A DNA stretch of 64,000 bases from an uncultured Barnesiella sp. (GCA_944321085.1 CALUJY010000006.1:103193-167192); one strand, 5' to 3'. Positions 10,801 to 19,196 are shown, counted from the stretch's first letter. Translations and numbers: made by a program. Notes: a model not told the origin generated them from the sequence alone.

Positions 10801-11119
10801 GGCGACTTACGATTTGTTGTTCCTCGCTGTCACGTTTGTCTACATTGTTTGCTGTTTGCGTTGTAATACGTAATGTCCCATCGGTATCCATATCGACATA
10901 TTTGAAGTAGCCGTCGTTATCGCGGCGTATCAAGTAGCCGTCTATGGTAGTTGTGTAATGGAAGTTTTCATCGCCGTATATTCTGATGGTGATGCTACTT
11001 CCGTCGGGATGTGTTACTGTTATAGGATTAGGGTTGGCTTTTACCGCCACAGCTTTTTCTGTACCTCCGAGTGCGAGGCAGATAATAAGCAGGAAGTGTA
11101 ACAAGTAAGATTTTCTCAT
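7826..11119 (-). CDS. M6-family (immune inhibitor A-like) zinc metalloprotease with T9SS C-terminal tail
   Basis: 1097-aa ORF with a signal peptide. The HEFGH zinc-binding motif lies at nt 10121-10135 (THEFGHILGLKDLYD), within a region resembling the InhA/M6 catalytic domain. The C-terminus (..GVLIIRLIHNEEGRIIKLVVNP) looks like a T9SS tail. It sits only 11 nt upstream of the 2231-aa gene. Confidence 0.85.
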   Translation of the reverse strand: MRKSYLLHFLLIICLALGGTEKAVAVKANPNPITVTHPDGSSITIRIYGDENFHYTTTIDGYLIRRDNDGYFKYVDMDTDGTLRITTQTANNVDKRDSEEQQIVSRLVPAKKLQAQLMANRPNITKKPGRFLSRHIVSPSLPAGENAAESQYLVILVNFKDCAFHFTQNDFDLWLNEPGYDTDGGTGSVKDYYRDNSMGKFIPNFTVVGPYTLAHEQSYYAANADDGSGDINPRAMVIEACNLAKEDNPQIDFSIFDNDKDGYMDNVNIIYAGYSEASTGNENDMWPHSWTLSDEAITIDGITINNYGCSAELVGASGTKMDGIGTFTHEFGHILGLKDLYDTDDYLNGYGLDPGAYTLYASGSYNNDSRTPPYLMAFERMQMGWCDPVELSEPEDVALQPLYTNAARYIDAQPGREEGTGYEWFVLENRQREGWDTYLPAHGLLIYHYDYTQEMVEEYWSVNGPNNNSKHRCLYIKAADGIDDTNSRNGDTYPGRSGNTEFTDTSTPNSLNWAGEATNTPVTNIREEGGIIYFQVKGGVTQQNILKTLTPKNIRDTSAEAQAIVVNKTQSITEMGFCWATQEEPTIDSYRHTVEIADTISYIITGLEPGTSYNVRAYMILADNSVVYGSAIPFSTECQVAVAPYIADFSSWTDGEPDCWKIIDNNKDGTTWIFDENADGMLYQFDYWNNADDWLISTRMLVPENGCLYFVRGVVETTTVENLDIYVSTHSREIEDFHLVKRYSFADNFGVQVPEEIDLKEYEGQEIYIAFVCHSEKLQGSLWLWQIYLASKLDTPRITKFESTDNGLYLEWTPIENAVRYYLEFSEVTDEVYTNAVFVPVSDLYVTDGNADISTGTIFFSENGVVETRDYPDGIIDCMFIVTTSGPTGTSLLTIEGSCDGTTWEQIGPSIRKSAYDNEGSEHLLSSYLQNKLYRKLRITCQHGGRNLKIKYFTLQYNDGYVCNMLSEGYVENSFVNIIETTPDEFLSGKKYAATVYSGDGVLFYDASETAYFSAPDNVSLHAVDKAFAVVENGNVCIRNLAQHTRVLCSTADGVLLYNNIVDGNECSFGVGGYQGVLIIRLIHNEEGRIIKLVVNP

Positions 11120-11296
11120 AGAAATAGTTTTGGATATATTGTGATGGTAAAGGACGAGAGTAGGTATTTATGCACTTCGATAAGTGGTTCATAAATAGTG
11201 GTTTGCGATGTATATAGGAATTGGGGCGGGTTATTTATCGGCATAGAGTACCCTGTTTCCCTATCTTCGGCTTTTGCATCATGCTTGTATTTAGGT

Positions 11297-11330
11297 GGGC
11301 TGTGACCAAAAATTCAGGTGGTCACAGCCC
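11297..11330 (-). terminator. Stem-loop 16 nt downstream of the 854-aa gene
   Basis: GGGCTGTGACC / GGTCACAGCCC forms an 11-bp perfect stem. There is no strong U-tract. Confidence 0.5.
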
Positions 11331-11345
11331 GCAAGTAAGAGAGTA

Positions 11346-13910
11346 TTAGCGGTTGATGGCTATTTTCTTTACATCGTTGTTGATTTTGACGATGTAAATG
11401 CCACGTTGCTCTATGCTAAACGATGTTGTACCGTAAATAGCTCTTGCTTCTATTTTTTTACCGGTAATGTCGTATATTTCAACGTTGGTACGAGTACTGT
11501 TTTCGGGTGTAACCGTAACAATGTTGCCTTGTACTTTTACAGTATTTTGCGTTGTGATACTTTTTACGGCATTTTCAATACCCGGTATGACGATAGTCGC
11601 TACGGTATTATTATAGCTGTAATCTAATTTTAAGATGTAAATGCCTTCTTCTCCCTCAGGAACTGTATAAGTAAGAAGATAGGTACCTATATAAGTTTCA
11701 TAATCATATATATAGTTTGATATGGCGAGGGGAGATGTTGCATCGCAGTTATCATAGAGCGAAAGGGATATGTAACTTGTTGAAGAAACAGAGAAATCGC
11801 CCATTCCTAATTCTACAGAGTACCATACGGGGAGTGCTCGTGATGACTCCGGGAAGATAATTTCACCCTCTTCTTCTATAATGATAGGATTGGAACAAGA
11901 TTCGCCGGGTTCAAGATCGAGTATTTCGATAGAGAGGCTTTTCCCGCTTTGTGCCGAAAGAGTAACAACGTTGATATATAGTACATCACCTTCGGACACA
12001 ATAAATTGCCCGTTGAAAACTGTGCCTGATTCTCCCGTTTTTATAATGGCGGTAGCATAACCCGAGCAGTCTCCTTCTTTGACAGAAACCATCGATGAGT
12101 AACGATAATCGGAACTTTGTTCATATACGATATCAGAGTTGATGACAACTTTTCCTTCGTGGGTTGCAGTATATTTGTACCACATGTTGAGTACTGATGC
12201 AGGCAACTCTATGACACCCGGTTCTACTTCTATTGCAGTTTCGCACGATTCGCCTTCTTGATATTCTTCTTCCGATAAGAAGAACGTGGTTTCGTATTCT
12301 ATATTTTCAAATTGAATAAGATAGCTGTTGCCTGCAACGACTTCGGTTTTTGTTATAGTTCCGGTTTTTACTGCATTGCGCATACCACTATATTGAGAAC
12401 AATTTTCGGGGAATGATACGTTGATGGTGATGTCTGTATCTATTAATAACCAACCGGTAAGAGTTGCAGTATATTGATAGTATTTTTTACTGCCGGCTTG
12501 CAAATTATTTTCTCCGGCTACGGCATCAAGCGGGTTAGAGCAAACATCACCCTGTTCGATGGTTTCATACGATACGGTAAATGGGATGTCGTTTATTCCC
12601 TCGTTGCAGTTCCATGTAATAATATAGGTAGTTCCACCACTGACTTCGCTTTTGAAATAGTCTTGCCCTTGTGCAAGTGGAGAATACGGATTATTGGCAG
12701 CATAGAGTGTTACTTTGGTATTGCTACTTAGTAACTCAGTGGCTGTGGCATCGACAATGAGGAAACGGGGGTCTCCTTCGGGCACGGTTATACTATAATA
12801 ATAGGTGCCATTGTAGTGGGGTGTATTGTAATCTCCTTCGGTGATTATAAATGGGTTACCCATCGAATCTCCTGTTTGAGCAGGTTCTACTGTAATATCG
12901 AAAGTTTCATCGGTTGTTGTAGTTTCGGTTTTTTCTATACATATCAGGTAAGTTGTGTTCTCAAATACTTCACAGCGAATATCAAAATATCCGTTGATAC
13001 TTGCATAAGGGCTGTAATCGTAACAACTTTTGTATATACTGATATTACCTCCGGCAAGACTGTAATCAGATGATATAATCATATATCCAGCCTCGGTGTT
13101 TGTATATTGATACCAGTATGTGCCGGCATCTTTGGGTAATACGTTGCCGGTTTCTATGGCATCGAAAGGCATATCACATGAGGAGCCTATTGTAGGATGC
13201 GTTAGCAGGAATGTTGCCATTAAAGGAGAGTAGGTATTCAACTTAACAATGTATGTTTTGCCGGCTTCAACACCATATTTAGCAATATATTTCCCGTTGA
13301 GGGTCGATGTTGTAAGGCTCTCTTGAGTGCCGTCGCATCCTTCGCTAATAAAAAGAGAAGAAGGATATCCACCGAAAGTCATTTCCAATAAACCATCCTC
13401 GGGGCAAGTATAGGAGATGTAGGTGGGATTGTTTGTATAAGTACTTGTGTCGTAATAAGAAGGTACAAAAAATTCACCTTCTTCCGTGGCAATGATGGGG
13501 TCTTCACAGCTTGCTCCTTTTTCAACGTCGGCATCAGTTAGTGTTACGGTAAATTCTACTGATGCAGAATAGTATGCACTTACTGTAAGATATACGGTTT
13601 GTCCTCTTTTTATGGGGTATATTCGAGTGTTGCTTGTGGTAATGCCATTGATGGTTGTGTTATAAGAGCCATCTTCCGATAGTCTGACGCTGGTAGAAGG
13701 GTCTGCCATTTCTACTGTAAGTAATTTCCCTTGTTCTTCTGGTGCAGTGTAAACATAATAAACATTGTTTTCACCCGTACTGCTTTCAAATGTGTAAGTG
13801 TTGTACCCTTCTTGTAAGGGAAGGGCTGTGTCAACAGTTGTTTGTGAATAAAGTGAGAAGAATACACACATTAGAAATGTTGAGAGTAATTGTCTTTTCA
13901 TAATCATCAT
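11346..13910 (-). CDS. Secreted repeat protein (7 x ~105-aa modules) with T9SS C-terminal tail
   Basis: 854-aa ORF with a signal peptide. The likely start is one of the ATGs at 13910, 13907 or 13901. Seven tandem modules each open with G(x)SC(E/S/D)xP(I/L/F). The C-terminal ~75 aa (..RGIYIVKINNDVKKIAINR) look like a Por-secretion tail. Confidence 0.8.
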   Translation of the reverse strand: MMIMKRQLLSTFLMCVFFSLYSQTTVDTALPLQEGYNTYTFESSTGENNVYYVYTAPEEQGKLLTVEMADPSTSVRLSEDGSYNTTINGITTSNTRIYPIKRGQTVYLTVSAYYSASVEFTVTLTDADVEKGASCEDPIIATEEGEFFVPSYYDTSTYTNNPTYISYTCPEDGLLEMTFGGYPSSLFISEGCDGTQESLTTSTLNGKYIAKYGVEAGKTYIVKLNTYSPLMATFLLTHPTIGSSCDMPFDAIETGNVLPKDAGTYWYQYTNTEAGYMIISSDYSLAGGNISIYKSCYDYSPYASINGYFDIRCEVFENTTYLICIEKTETTTTDETFDITVEPAQTGDSMGNPFIITEGDYNTPHYNGTYYYSITVPEGDPRFLIVDATATELLSSNTKVTLYAANNPYSPLAQGQDYFKSEVSGGTTYIITWNCNEGINDIPFTVSYETIEQGDVCSNPLDAVAGENNLQAGSKKYYQYTATLTGWLLIDTDITINVSFPENCSQYSGMRNAVKTGTITKTEVVAGNSYLIQFENIEYETTFFLSEEEYQEGESCETAIEVEPGVIELPASVLNMWYKYTATHEGKVVINSDIVYEQSSDYRYSSMVSVKEGDCSGYATAIIKTGESGTVFNGQFIVSEGDVLYINVVTLSAQSGKSLSIEILDLEPGESCSNPIIIEEEGEIIFPESSRALPVWYSVELGMGDFSVSSTSYISLSLYDNCDATSPLAISNYIYDYETYIGTYLLTYTVPEGEEGIYILKLDYSYNNTVATIVIPGIENAVKSITTQNTVKVQGNIVTVTPENSTRTNVEIYDITGKKIEARAIYGTTSFSIEQRGIYIVKINNDVKKIAINR

Positions 13911-14085
13911 GTGTTAAGTTGTTATTATTATGGTGTTATAAGTTGCTATTTTAATCGTATCCGGCCGCTAATGTATAATAATTTGTCGAAGAAACAATAG
14001 TTGAGGGAGGGATAAAAAGGGGATGTGCCTATGTGATAAAAGGCAGTAAAAAGTTATTATGTCGTTTGTTGTTAGGCCGTTATGA

Positions 14086-15711
14086 TTATAGACGGCTTAA
14101 AAAAGAATAAAGAGCCTTGGAATTTTCCAATCCCATCTTTTTGGCGATAAGTTGCTTCTTCTTTTTGCAATATTCGGGGGTGATATTGAGTAATAGTGCA
14201 ATCTCTTTGGTGCTCAGGTTAAGATATACGAGGGAGAGGAAGCGTATGTCTTGTGCGCTAAGTTCGGGGTATTGTTCTTTAAGAGCATTGATAAATGTGT
14301 CGTTCCGTTGCTCGAAGTAGGTAGAGAAATGCTTCCATTCTTCGTTGTCGTTGAGCATTTTCAGTAACTGTTTGATGCTTTCTTTTAGCGAAGTATCGTT
14401 CGATTTTTTTATGGATTCGGTTTTCGATATAGTGTCTATAATTTTGTAAATCAAGTCATTACGATTTGCCATAATCATGGCTTTCGACATTAGCTCCTTG
14501 TCTTTCAATTCTATTTCATGGCGATAGCGTTCCTCTTCGAGCAATCTTCTCGCTTGTTGCTCGTCGAGCTGGTTCTGTAAGAGCTGCTGATTTTGTTTCT
14601 CATGTTCCAGTTCGAGACCGATAATCCTTTTTTGTTGCTTGCTTTTGATGATTTGGTTGATTAACGCCCATGTAAGGATAATTGCAATGACGACAGATAA
14701 GGCGAAAAATATGAGGCTGTTACGACCTTTTATGCGGTATTCTTCTATCTCTTTTTCTCGACGGAAAAGCTCGAATTGTATGCGGCTGTTTTCAAATTGT
14801 TTTTTCCCTTGAATATTATATAAGGTATCGATAGTTGCAATAAGCGAATCTTTGGCAGCAAGAGCTTTGTCGTAAAAACCTGTTTCGGCATAGGCTTCGG
14901 AGAGAATGTCGAAAAGGTCACGACGCTCTTCTAAATTTATCTCTTTTTTTCTGAGGCAGTGCTCTACGGTCTCTATGAGTGCCTTGTAATTACCTGTGGC
15001 GCTGTATACGTTGGCAAGTGCAAGCTCGGCATAGCTTTGTAATAAGGGGTCTTGCAGCTTGTGGGCTTGATTGTAACTTGTCAGTGCCGTTTCGAGCGCT
15101 TTATGGTTATCTCCTTTTTTTAAGAAAATACCGGCTTTCAAGGCGTTTAGTTGAGTAAGCTCTTCGGGGTGGTTTGTCAAGAACTTTTCGGCAATGTTGG
15201 TGTATTGTTCGCTTAACTGCAAATTGTTGCACCGTATGGATGCATTGGCTATATTCATGGCGCATCCGCCGATAAAGAGGCTGTCGGAAGAATCTTTTAC
15301 CGTATTATATACAAGAGTATAGTACTCGATGGCTTTGTCGTATTTGTGGTCGAGCATATATACGCCGGCAATATTGTTAAGGATGCTCATCTCGTGCCGC
15401 TTGTCGAGGTGGTCTAATGCAATTTTGTATGCTTCGAGAAACGCATCGAGTGCATCGCTGTAATTTAACAGTTCTGCATAGTTGATGCCGATGTTTGTCA
15501 ACACCCAAAATAAGTCTTCGGGAGAGTTCTCTTTGGTAGCAATGGTACGCGCTTCTTGTAATAAGTTGAGCGACAGTTGGTGGTCTTTTTCGATAGAGGC
15601 TTTTATGGCGATTTGTATGAGGCTGTCGCAGTAATCTTCGGCATGAGAAGCCGGGAAGACATGCAACAGGAATAATAAAATGATTATGAAGGTATATCGC
15701 CTTGTTTTCAT
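14086..15711 (-). CDS. Membrane-tethered one-component regulator: signal peptide + TPR sensor region + single TM + coiled coil + LuxR-type HTH
   Basis: The track ORF starts at a TTG (15720) and I trimmed it to the ATG at 15711 (MKTRRYTFIIILLF). TPR-like repeats span roughly aa 30-330. A TM helix (SLIFFALSVVIAIILTWALINQII) lies at about nt 14653-14718. The C-terminal LuxR/GerE-type HTH reads LSAQDIRFLSLVYLNLSTKEIALLLNITPEYCKKKKQLIAKKMG. Confidence 0.8.
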   Translation of the reverse strand: MKTRRYTFIIILLFLLHVFPASHAEDYCDSLIQIAIKASIEKDHQLSLNLLQEARTIATKENSPEDLFWVLTNIGINYAELLNYSDALDAFLEAYKIALDHLDKRHEMSILNNIAGVYMLDHKYDKAIEYYTLVYNTVKDSSDSLFIGGCAMNIANASIRCNNLQLSEQYTNIAEKFLTNHPEELTQLNALKAGIFLKKGDNHKALETALTSYNQAHKLQDPLLQSYAELALANVYSATGNYKALIETVEHCLRKKEINLEERRDLFDILSEAYAETGFYDKALAAKDSLIATIDTLYNIQGKKQFENSRIQFELFRREKEIEEYRIKGRNSLIFFALSVVIAIILTWALINQIIKSKQQKRIIGLELEHEKQNQQLLQNQLDEQQARRLLEEERYRHEIELKDKELMSKAMIMANRNDLIYKIIDTISKTESIKKSNDTSLKESIKQLLKMLNDNEEWKHFSTYFEQRNDTFINALKEQYPELSAQDIRFLSLVYLNLSTKEIALLLNITPEYCKKKKQLIAKKMGLENSKALYSFLSRL

Positions 15712-16152
15712 GATTGGCAAATATACGATTTTTTTGGCTTAGTTGAAAATGTAAATTCTTTTTCAATAAGAGATAGTTTAATTTCAAAATACGATTTTGA
15801 GACGAAATAAAAGGGCAAACAGAGGCGTTTCGGGGCTCTGCTGATATTCCGTGAATTAGTGTTTTTCGATGAAGTCTTCCGTTCTTTCTACGAAAAAGGT
15901 TGTTTGCCCGATTAGAAAAGATATATCTGATTATAGTCTCCGATGACAGCCTTTATTGGAAACTTTGTTAACGAAAAAGTTGATGAATTTACTGTTTGGG
16001 CATAATTTTTGTTCGTTTGGGCAGAAAGAGAACTTTGTACCTTACTCTTTTGTATTGCGCCCTGAACTCTTCGATTTAGGTACTGAATGCTTCCGAAACG
16101 GCATCGGCGGAACTCGGGTAGAAAAAGCCACTCAATGTGACAAATATAGAAA

Positions 16153-16180
16153 AAGGAGTTAAGTTTTGGCTTAACTCCTT
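16153..16180 (-). terminator. Rho-independent terminator downstream of tRNA-Pro
   Basis: AAGGAGTTAAG / CTTAACTCCTT forms an 11-bp stem, followed on the minus strand by TTTTTCT. Confidence 0.7.
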
Positions 16181-16192
16181 TCTTTCCATTAG

Positions 16193-16267
16193 TCGGGGTG
16201 ACTGGATTCGAACCAGCGACAACACGCCCCCCAGACGTGTACTCTAACCGGGCTGAGCTACACCCCG
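16193..16267 (-). tRNA. tRNA-Pro (anticodon GGG)
   Basis: The reverse complement reads CGGGGTGTAGCTCAGCCCGGTTAGAGTACACGTCTGGGGGGCGTGTTGTCGCTGGTTCGAATCCAGTCACCCCGA. It folds as a cloverleaf with a 7-bp acceptor stem and a GCTC/GAGT D-arm. The anticodon stem is CACGT/GCGTG around loop CTGGGGG, and the T-arm is GGTTCGAATCC. Total length is 75 nt. Confidence 0.9.
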
Positions 16268-16281
16268 TCTAAAAGGTGATG

Positions 16282-16289
16282 CAAAGGTA
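16282..16289 (-). promoter_or_regulatory. Bacteroidetes sigma-A -7 box (TACCTTTG) upstream of tRNA-Pro
   Basis: Exact TAnnTTTG match 15 nt upstream of the mature tRNA 5' end. Confidence 0.5.
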
Positions 16290-16366
16290 CAGCTTTTTAT
16301 ATTACATGCAATACTTTTACCGTAAAAATTTTCAAAAAAAATGACGCTTTTTTGTAACAGGCTCAT

Positions 16367-17425
16367 TTACAAATGAAACAGGTCTCTGTAAACATCTAAT
16401 GCTATTTCTACTTCCTCGCGTTCGACGTGGCAGTCGGGTACAGCTTGCCCTATGTTTTGCAGTAAGACGAAATTGATATGTCCGTTTTCGTTCTTTTTGT
16501 CGTGCATCATATATCGGTATAGCTCCTCGTAGTCGTCGCAAGTGATGGCATAGCTGCCGTAGTGTGCTTCTATGTAATGTGCGAGGTCGTATATGACCGA
16601 TGTGGGAAAGCCGAAAATGCGGTGTGCGAGTAGTAGTTCGCATACAAGACCCCATGCAACGGCATATCCGTGAGCAATGGGAGTGTTGCGGTGTAAGGCA
16701 TGGCTCTCTAATGCGTGCCCGATGGTGTGCCCGATATTCAGTATTTTGCGTAAAGATGTTTCGCTGGGGTCTTTACCGACAATTTCTTGTTTGAATTGTA
16801 CCGATTGCTGCAACAAGGGCAGTAGGGTATGTGGCGAATAGTGCCCGATGTCGTAGTCGAGCAGTTCGTAATAGAGCTGTTTATTGCAGAGCAACGCGTG
16901 TTTTATCATTTCGGCGTAACCCGAATATAACTCCTCAGGGGGTAGCGTGTCGAAGTAACGTGTGGAGATGATGACGCCGGAAGCCGGAGCGAAAGCGCCG
17001 ACTTCGTTTTTCAGCCCTCCGAAGTTGATGCCTGTTTTCCCGCCTACGGCTGCATCGACAGCTCCTAACAACGTGGTGGGCATATTGACGAACGCCATGC
17101 CGCGCTTGAATGTGGCAGCGGCAAATCCGCCCAAGTCGGTAACCATGCCGCCTCCGATGTTGACGAGTAAAGAGTGTCGAGAGGCAAGATTTTCGCTCAG
17201 CATGTGCCATACGTGCGACAGTGATTCTATGTTTTTGTGGCTGTCGCCGGCGGGGATTGTTATGATGGAGGCTGTTTTTATTTCCGGGACGTCGATTCGC
17301 GGCAATACCTGTGCGACGGTGTTGCTGTCGCACAGAACGAACAATTTATCGTGAGCTATCGTGGCGAGCAGGCGACTTAACGCTTCGTCGGTGTCGTTGC
17401 TGAATAGGAGCTGTTGTTCTTTCAT
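16367..17425 (-). CDS. aroB: 3-dehydroquinate synthase
   Basis: 352 aa. The glycine-rich NAD-binding motif GGGMVTDLGGFAAATFKRGMAFVNMPTTLLGAVDAAVGGKTGINF is typical of AroB. Confidence 0.95.
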   Translation of the reverse strand: MKEQQLLFSNDTDEALSRLLATIAHDKLFVLCDSNTVAQVLPRIDVPEIKTASIITIPAGDSHKNIESLSHVWHMLSENLASRHSLLVNIGGGMVTDLGGFAAATFKRGMAFVNMPTTLLGAVDAAVGGKTGINFGGLKNEVGAFAPASGVIISTRYFDTLPPEELYSGYAEMIKHALLCNKQLYYELLDYDIGHYSPHTLLPLLQQSVQFKQEIVGKDPSETSLRKILNIGHTIGHALESHALHRNTPIAHGYAVAWGLVCELLLAHRIFGFPTSVIYDLAHYIEAHYGSYAITCDDYEELYRYMMHDKKNENGHINFVLLQNIGQAVPDCHVEREEVEIALDVYRDLFHL

Positions 17426-18165
17426 GGCAAGACGGTTGTATCGAAGGAGTGAATAAACGCCTCGGCTTGTCGAGCAAACGTCGGCATGCTGTCGAAAACG
17501 ATGTTGGCGCCTGCATCGTAGAGACTCTGTGCCGGTACGGGGCCTGTATTGACGGCAACGGTGAAGATGCCCGCTGCCGCTCCTGCTTTCACTCCGAGGG
17601 GCGCGTTTTCTATGACGATGGCTTCTTCCGGGGTTACGCCTGCGCGTTTAAGTCCCATCAGGTAGGGTTCGGGGTGTGGTTTGCCGTGTTTTACGTCTTC
17701 GCCGGTGATGCGATACGGTTCTACAAAGACGCCGGGATAATCTTTTTGAAGTCTTTCGAGCAGTTGTCCTTGGCTCGACCCGGTTACCAGCACGGGAAGA
17801 ATATGATTGCGTTGCAGTACTTGCAGCATCTCGGCCGCGCCGGGCATAGGAGGCGGAGCGGGTAACATACTGAATTGTTTGATTTTTTCGTTGTATAGTT
17901 GCCGTGATACCTCTTCGGGAGCGTCGTGTCCGTAGGCACGGTTGAAGAGAATGTTGATGGTACTGCGGCGCGTCATCCCCTCGAAGAGGTAGAATTCGTC
18001 GCGGTCGCAGGGTATTCCTATGGCACTGATGGTGCGATACCAAGCCTCGGTATGGTTGGGCATGGAGTTGTATAACACGCCGTCCATGTCTATCAACGCA
18101 GCTTTGCAGTGTAGCGCACTCACACCGTGTTGTCGCATGTATTGTAAAATTGCTTCGGTAGTCAT
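17422..18165 (-). CDS. HAD-superfamily hydrolase (beta-phosphoglucomutase/phosphatase-like)
   Basis: 247 aa with HAD motif I DMDGVLYNS and a C-terminal ENAPLGVKAGAAAG motif. It has a 4-nt ATGA overlap with aroB. Confidence 0.85.
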   Translation of the reverse strand: MTTEAILQYMRQHGVSALHCKAALIDMDGVLYNSMPNHTEAWYRTISAIGIPCDRDEFYLFEGMTRRSTINILFNRAYGHDAPEEVSRQLYNEKIKQFSMLPAPPPMPGAAEMLQVLQRNHILPVLVTGSSQGQLLERLQKDYPGVFVEPYRITGEDVKHGKPHPEPYLMGLKRAGVTPEEAIVIENAPLGVKAGAAAGIFTVAVNTGPVPAQSLYDAGANIVFDSMPTFARQAEAFIHSFDTTVLP

Positions 18166-18290
18166 ATTTATAGTATAGACAAGTACAAAAATACGAAGAT
18201 TTTTGCATTCGTTGTTTTGTCAAGGTTCTCTCTATCGGTCGTGTCGGAAAAATATGCTATGGTTAGGCTCTCTGTTTCAAATAAAAATTG

Positions 18291-18298
18291 TAGTTTTG
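18291..18298 (+). promoter_or_regulatory. -7 box TAGTTTTG upstream of the lipoprotein gene
   Basis: Exact TAnnTTTG match 48 nt upstream of the ATG at 18346. Confidence 0.45.
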
Positions 18299-18345
18299 CC
18301 TATAATTACGAATTTTATAGTCTAACTAAAATATAATTGAGAAGT

Positions 18346-19110
18346 ATGAAGAAAATATTTAATCTGTTTTGTTTGGCTGCCGTTGCCCTATGCGTATCGT
18401 GTTCCGGGAATTTGGCCGAAGACGACTATGCGGGGGCATTTGCCGCTTATGTGAAAGACGGTAATGTAGAGGGGCTTTCGGCTGCCGATGATGTCTCGGT
18501 GACAGTTGTCAAGGATATTACCGTCGGCGATAGTATCGACTATGTTACTAACCAATTGGTACAAGAGTATAATACTATCTTGGCCGAGAAAAAATCTCTT
18601 TGGGAGGCGAAACAGAGTGATTGCGAGAAAGACGAGCAAGCCAATGTTTTGCGTCATCGTGAGCACATGAAGAATTATGAGAAATATAAACGTATGTATG
18701 GTAATGACTTGAAGTATCAGTCGAAGATAGAGGGTTACAAGAAGGCTGCCGACCGCCTGCCGTCGAATCACGAAGAGTACGTCGAGTTCGATCGTCGTCG
18801 TTCCTACTCTTTTACACGCGATTGCGAGAACCTCAAAGCCGATTATGATGAATTTCTCGCTTTGGGTGTAGAGGCGTATGCAGCCGAGGCACCTCTAATG
18901 GCGAAATATGTAGGGCGCGACCGTTCGGAAGTGATTGCTACTGTGGCCACTGTAACGTATGTCAAAGATGGCGATAATGTCAGTGAAACCTATCTTTTCG
19001 GGCATCGACCCATGCGTTGCATTTCGGTATTCGATGAAAGTATTCCTAATATATTCGAATATCAAGAGCCCGAAGCCGTACAGCAGTCGTCGGAAGAAGA
19101 AAATATATAG
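18346..19110 (+). CDS. Hypothetical lipoprotein
   Basis: The track start 18337 is a TTG, so I used the ATG at 18346. The signal peptide ends in a lipobox (LCVSC/SG). There is no recognisable catalytic motif. A TAGTTTTG -7 box lies 48 nt upstream. Confidence 0.7.
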   Translation: MKKIFNLFCLAAVALCVSCSGNLAEDDYAGAFAAYVKDGNVEGLSAADDVSVTVVKDITVGDSIDYVTNQLVQEYNTILAEKKSLWEAKQSDCEKDEQANVLRHREHMKNYEKYKRMYGNDLKYQSKIEGYKKAADRLPSNHEEYVEFDRRRSYSFTRDCENLKADYDEFLALGVEAYAAEAPLMAKYVGRDRSEVIATVATVTYVKDGDNVSETYLFGHRPMRCISVFDESIPNIFEYQEPEAVQQSSEEENI

Positions 19111-19196
19111 AGAAACATCATTTTTATAATGATATATAGCATGAAATGATGCGCAAATCTGTCGTGATTGTGCATTAGAGTGCATTTTCTCGGTAA

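Noticed and set aside
15956-16162. A 68-aa ORF (TTG start; 59 aa from the internal ATG) between the LuxR-type regulator gene and tRNA-Pro. It ends inside the tRNA terminator hairpin.
   Set aside because: It has no recognisable motif, a non-ATG start and unremarkable composition. Its stop lies within a structure that is better explained as the tRNA-Pro terminator. It is most likely a chance ORF in an AT-rich spacer.
1119-16193. An integrative genomic island inserted at tRNA-Pro.
   Set aside because: No integrase, excisionase or transposase ORF is present, and I could not spot a direct repeat of the tRNA 3' end within the block. Only composition and adjacency support the idea, so it is kept as a hypothesis inside a finding rather than called as a mobile element.
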